Positions 63,693-64,000 of a stretch of 64,000 nucleotides of DNA are shown here, piece after piece. Within the stretch, counting starts at the first letter, position 1, and the number at the start of each line of letters is the position of its first letter. Both the position numbers and the translations under genes were made by a program. This DNA comes from Candidatus Eremiobacteria bacterium. GTDB lineage: Bacteria; Vulcanimicrobiota; Vulcanimicrobiia; Vulcanimicrobiales; Vulcanimicrobiaceae. Location of the stretch: assembly GCA_963758295.1 (NCBI GenBank), contig CAVWUU010000003.1, positions 32,001 through 96,000 of the forward strand, in the 5' to 3' direction. Below the pieces are notes generated by a model. That model made no database searches and was not told where the DNA came from. It saw nothing but the letters and a program-made list of their open reading frames with translations.

Positions 63693-64000
63693 CCGTCTTC
63701 GCGCGCCGCCTTGTCCCCATGGTCGCCGCACTTGCCGTGTCCGCGCTGTTGCTTTCGTTTGCGCCTCCGCACACGCTCGGTCCGGCGTGGCTGTTGGGAT
63801 TACTCGCGGTCTTGTCTCTGGGATGGGTGGCATGGCAGCCGTCGGCGACGACGCGCGACGACATTTTGCCGGCGCTTGCCGTCGTGCTGGGTTCGCTAGG
63901 ACTGGTACTGGTCGCGCGACTCTCGCCCGATCTCGCGCAAAAGCAACAGTGGTGGCTGATGATTTCGCTCGTGCTCGCCATCGGCGCAACGCCGGCGTTC
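63680..64000 (+). CDS. FtsW/RodA/SpoVE family protein (partial; runs off right edge)
   Basis: Manual translation ...DDILPALAVVLGSLGLVLVARLSPDLAQKQQWWL; fhaA-fhaB-pstP-rodA synteny. Confidence 0.75.
   Translation, partial: MGAVAVFARRLVPMVAALAVSALLLSFAPPHTLGPAWLLGLLAVLSLGWVAWQPSATTRDDILPALAVVLGSLGLVLVARLSPDLAQKQQWWLMISLVLAIGATPAF

Overview
GC-rich bacterial chromosome segment. The gene mix (diderm TolC/RND, Firmicutes-like topA-trmFO-hslVU and def-fmt-rsmB, actinobacterial-like fhaA-fhaB-PP2C-rodA) suggests Ca. Eremiobacterota/Vulcanimicrobiota, which is inference only. It is mostly housekeeping (uvrC, murI, dxs, secG, oppDF, topA, trmFO, hslVU, def, fmt, rsmB, tRNA-Pro, tmRNA). Many conserved genes are broken by single-base indels that look like long-read assembly errors. 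Main findings: (1) a 43.8-51.4 kb module of DUF4331 proteins with predicted ATCUN (Ser-Asp-His) N-termini, a TPR protein, two Ni/Co transporters, an RHH regulator and an ECF sigma, tied together by a promoter motif AAATCC-N16-CGTTG found three times plus one variant; this is a candidate ECF-controlled extracytoplasmic nickel-handling system. (2) A 78-bp alternating purine-pyrimidine (Z-DNA-prone) tract between a divergent histone-H1-like gene and topA. (3) A one-piece tmRNA with the alphaproteobacterial-type GGCAGUA T-loop. (4) A PP2C-like protein that has lost its catalytic aspartates.
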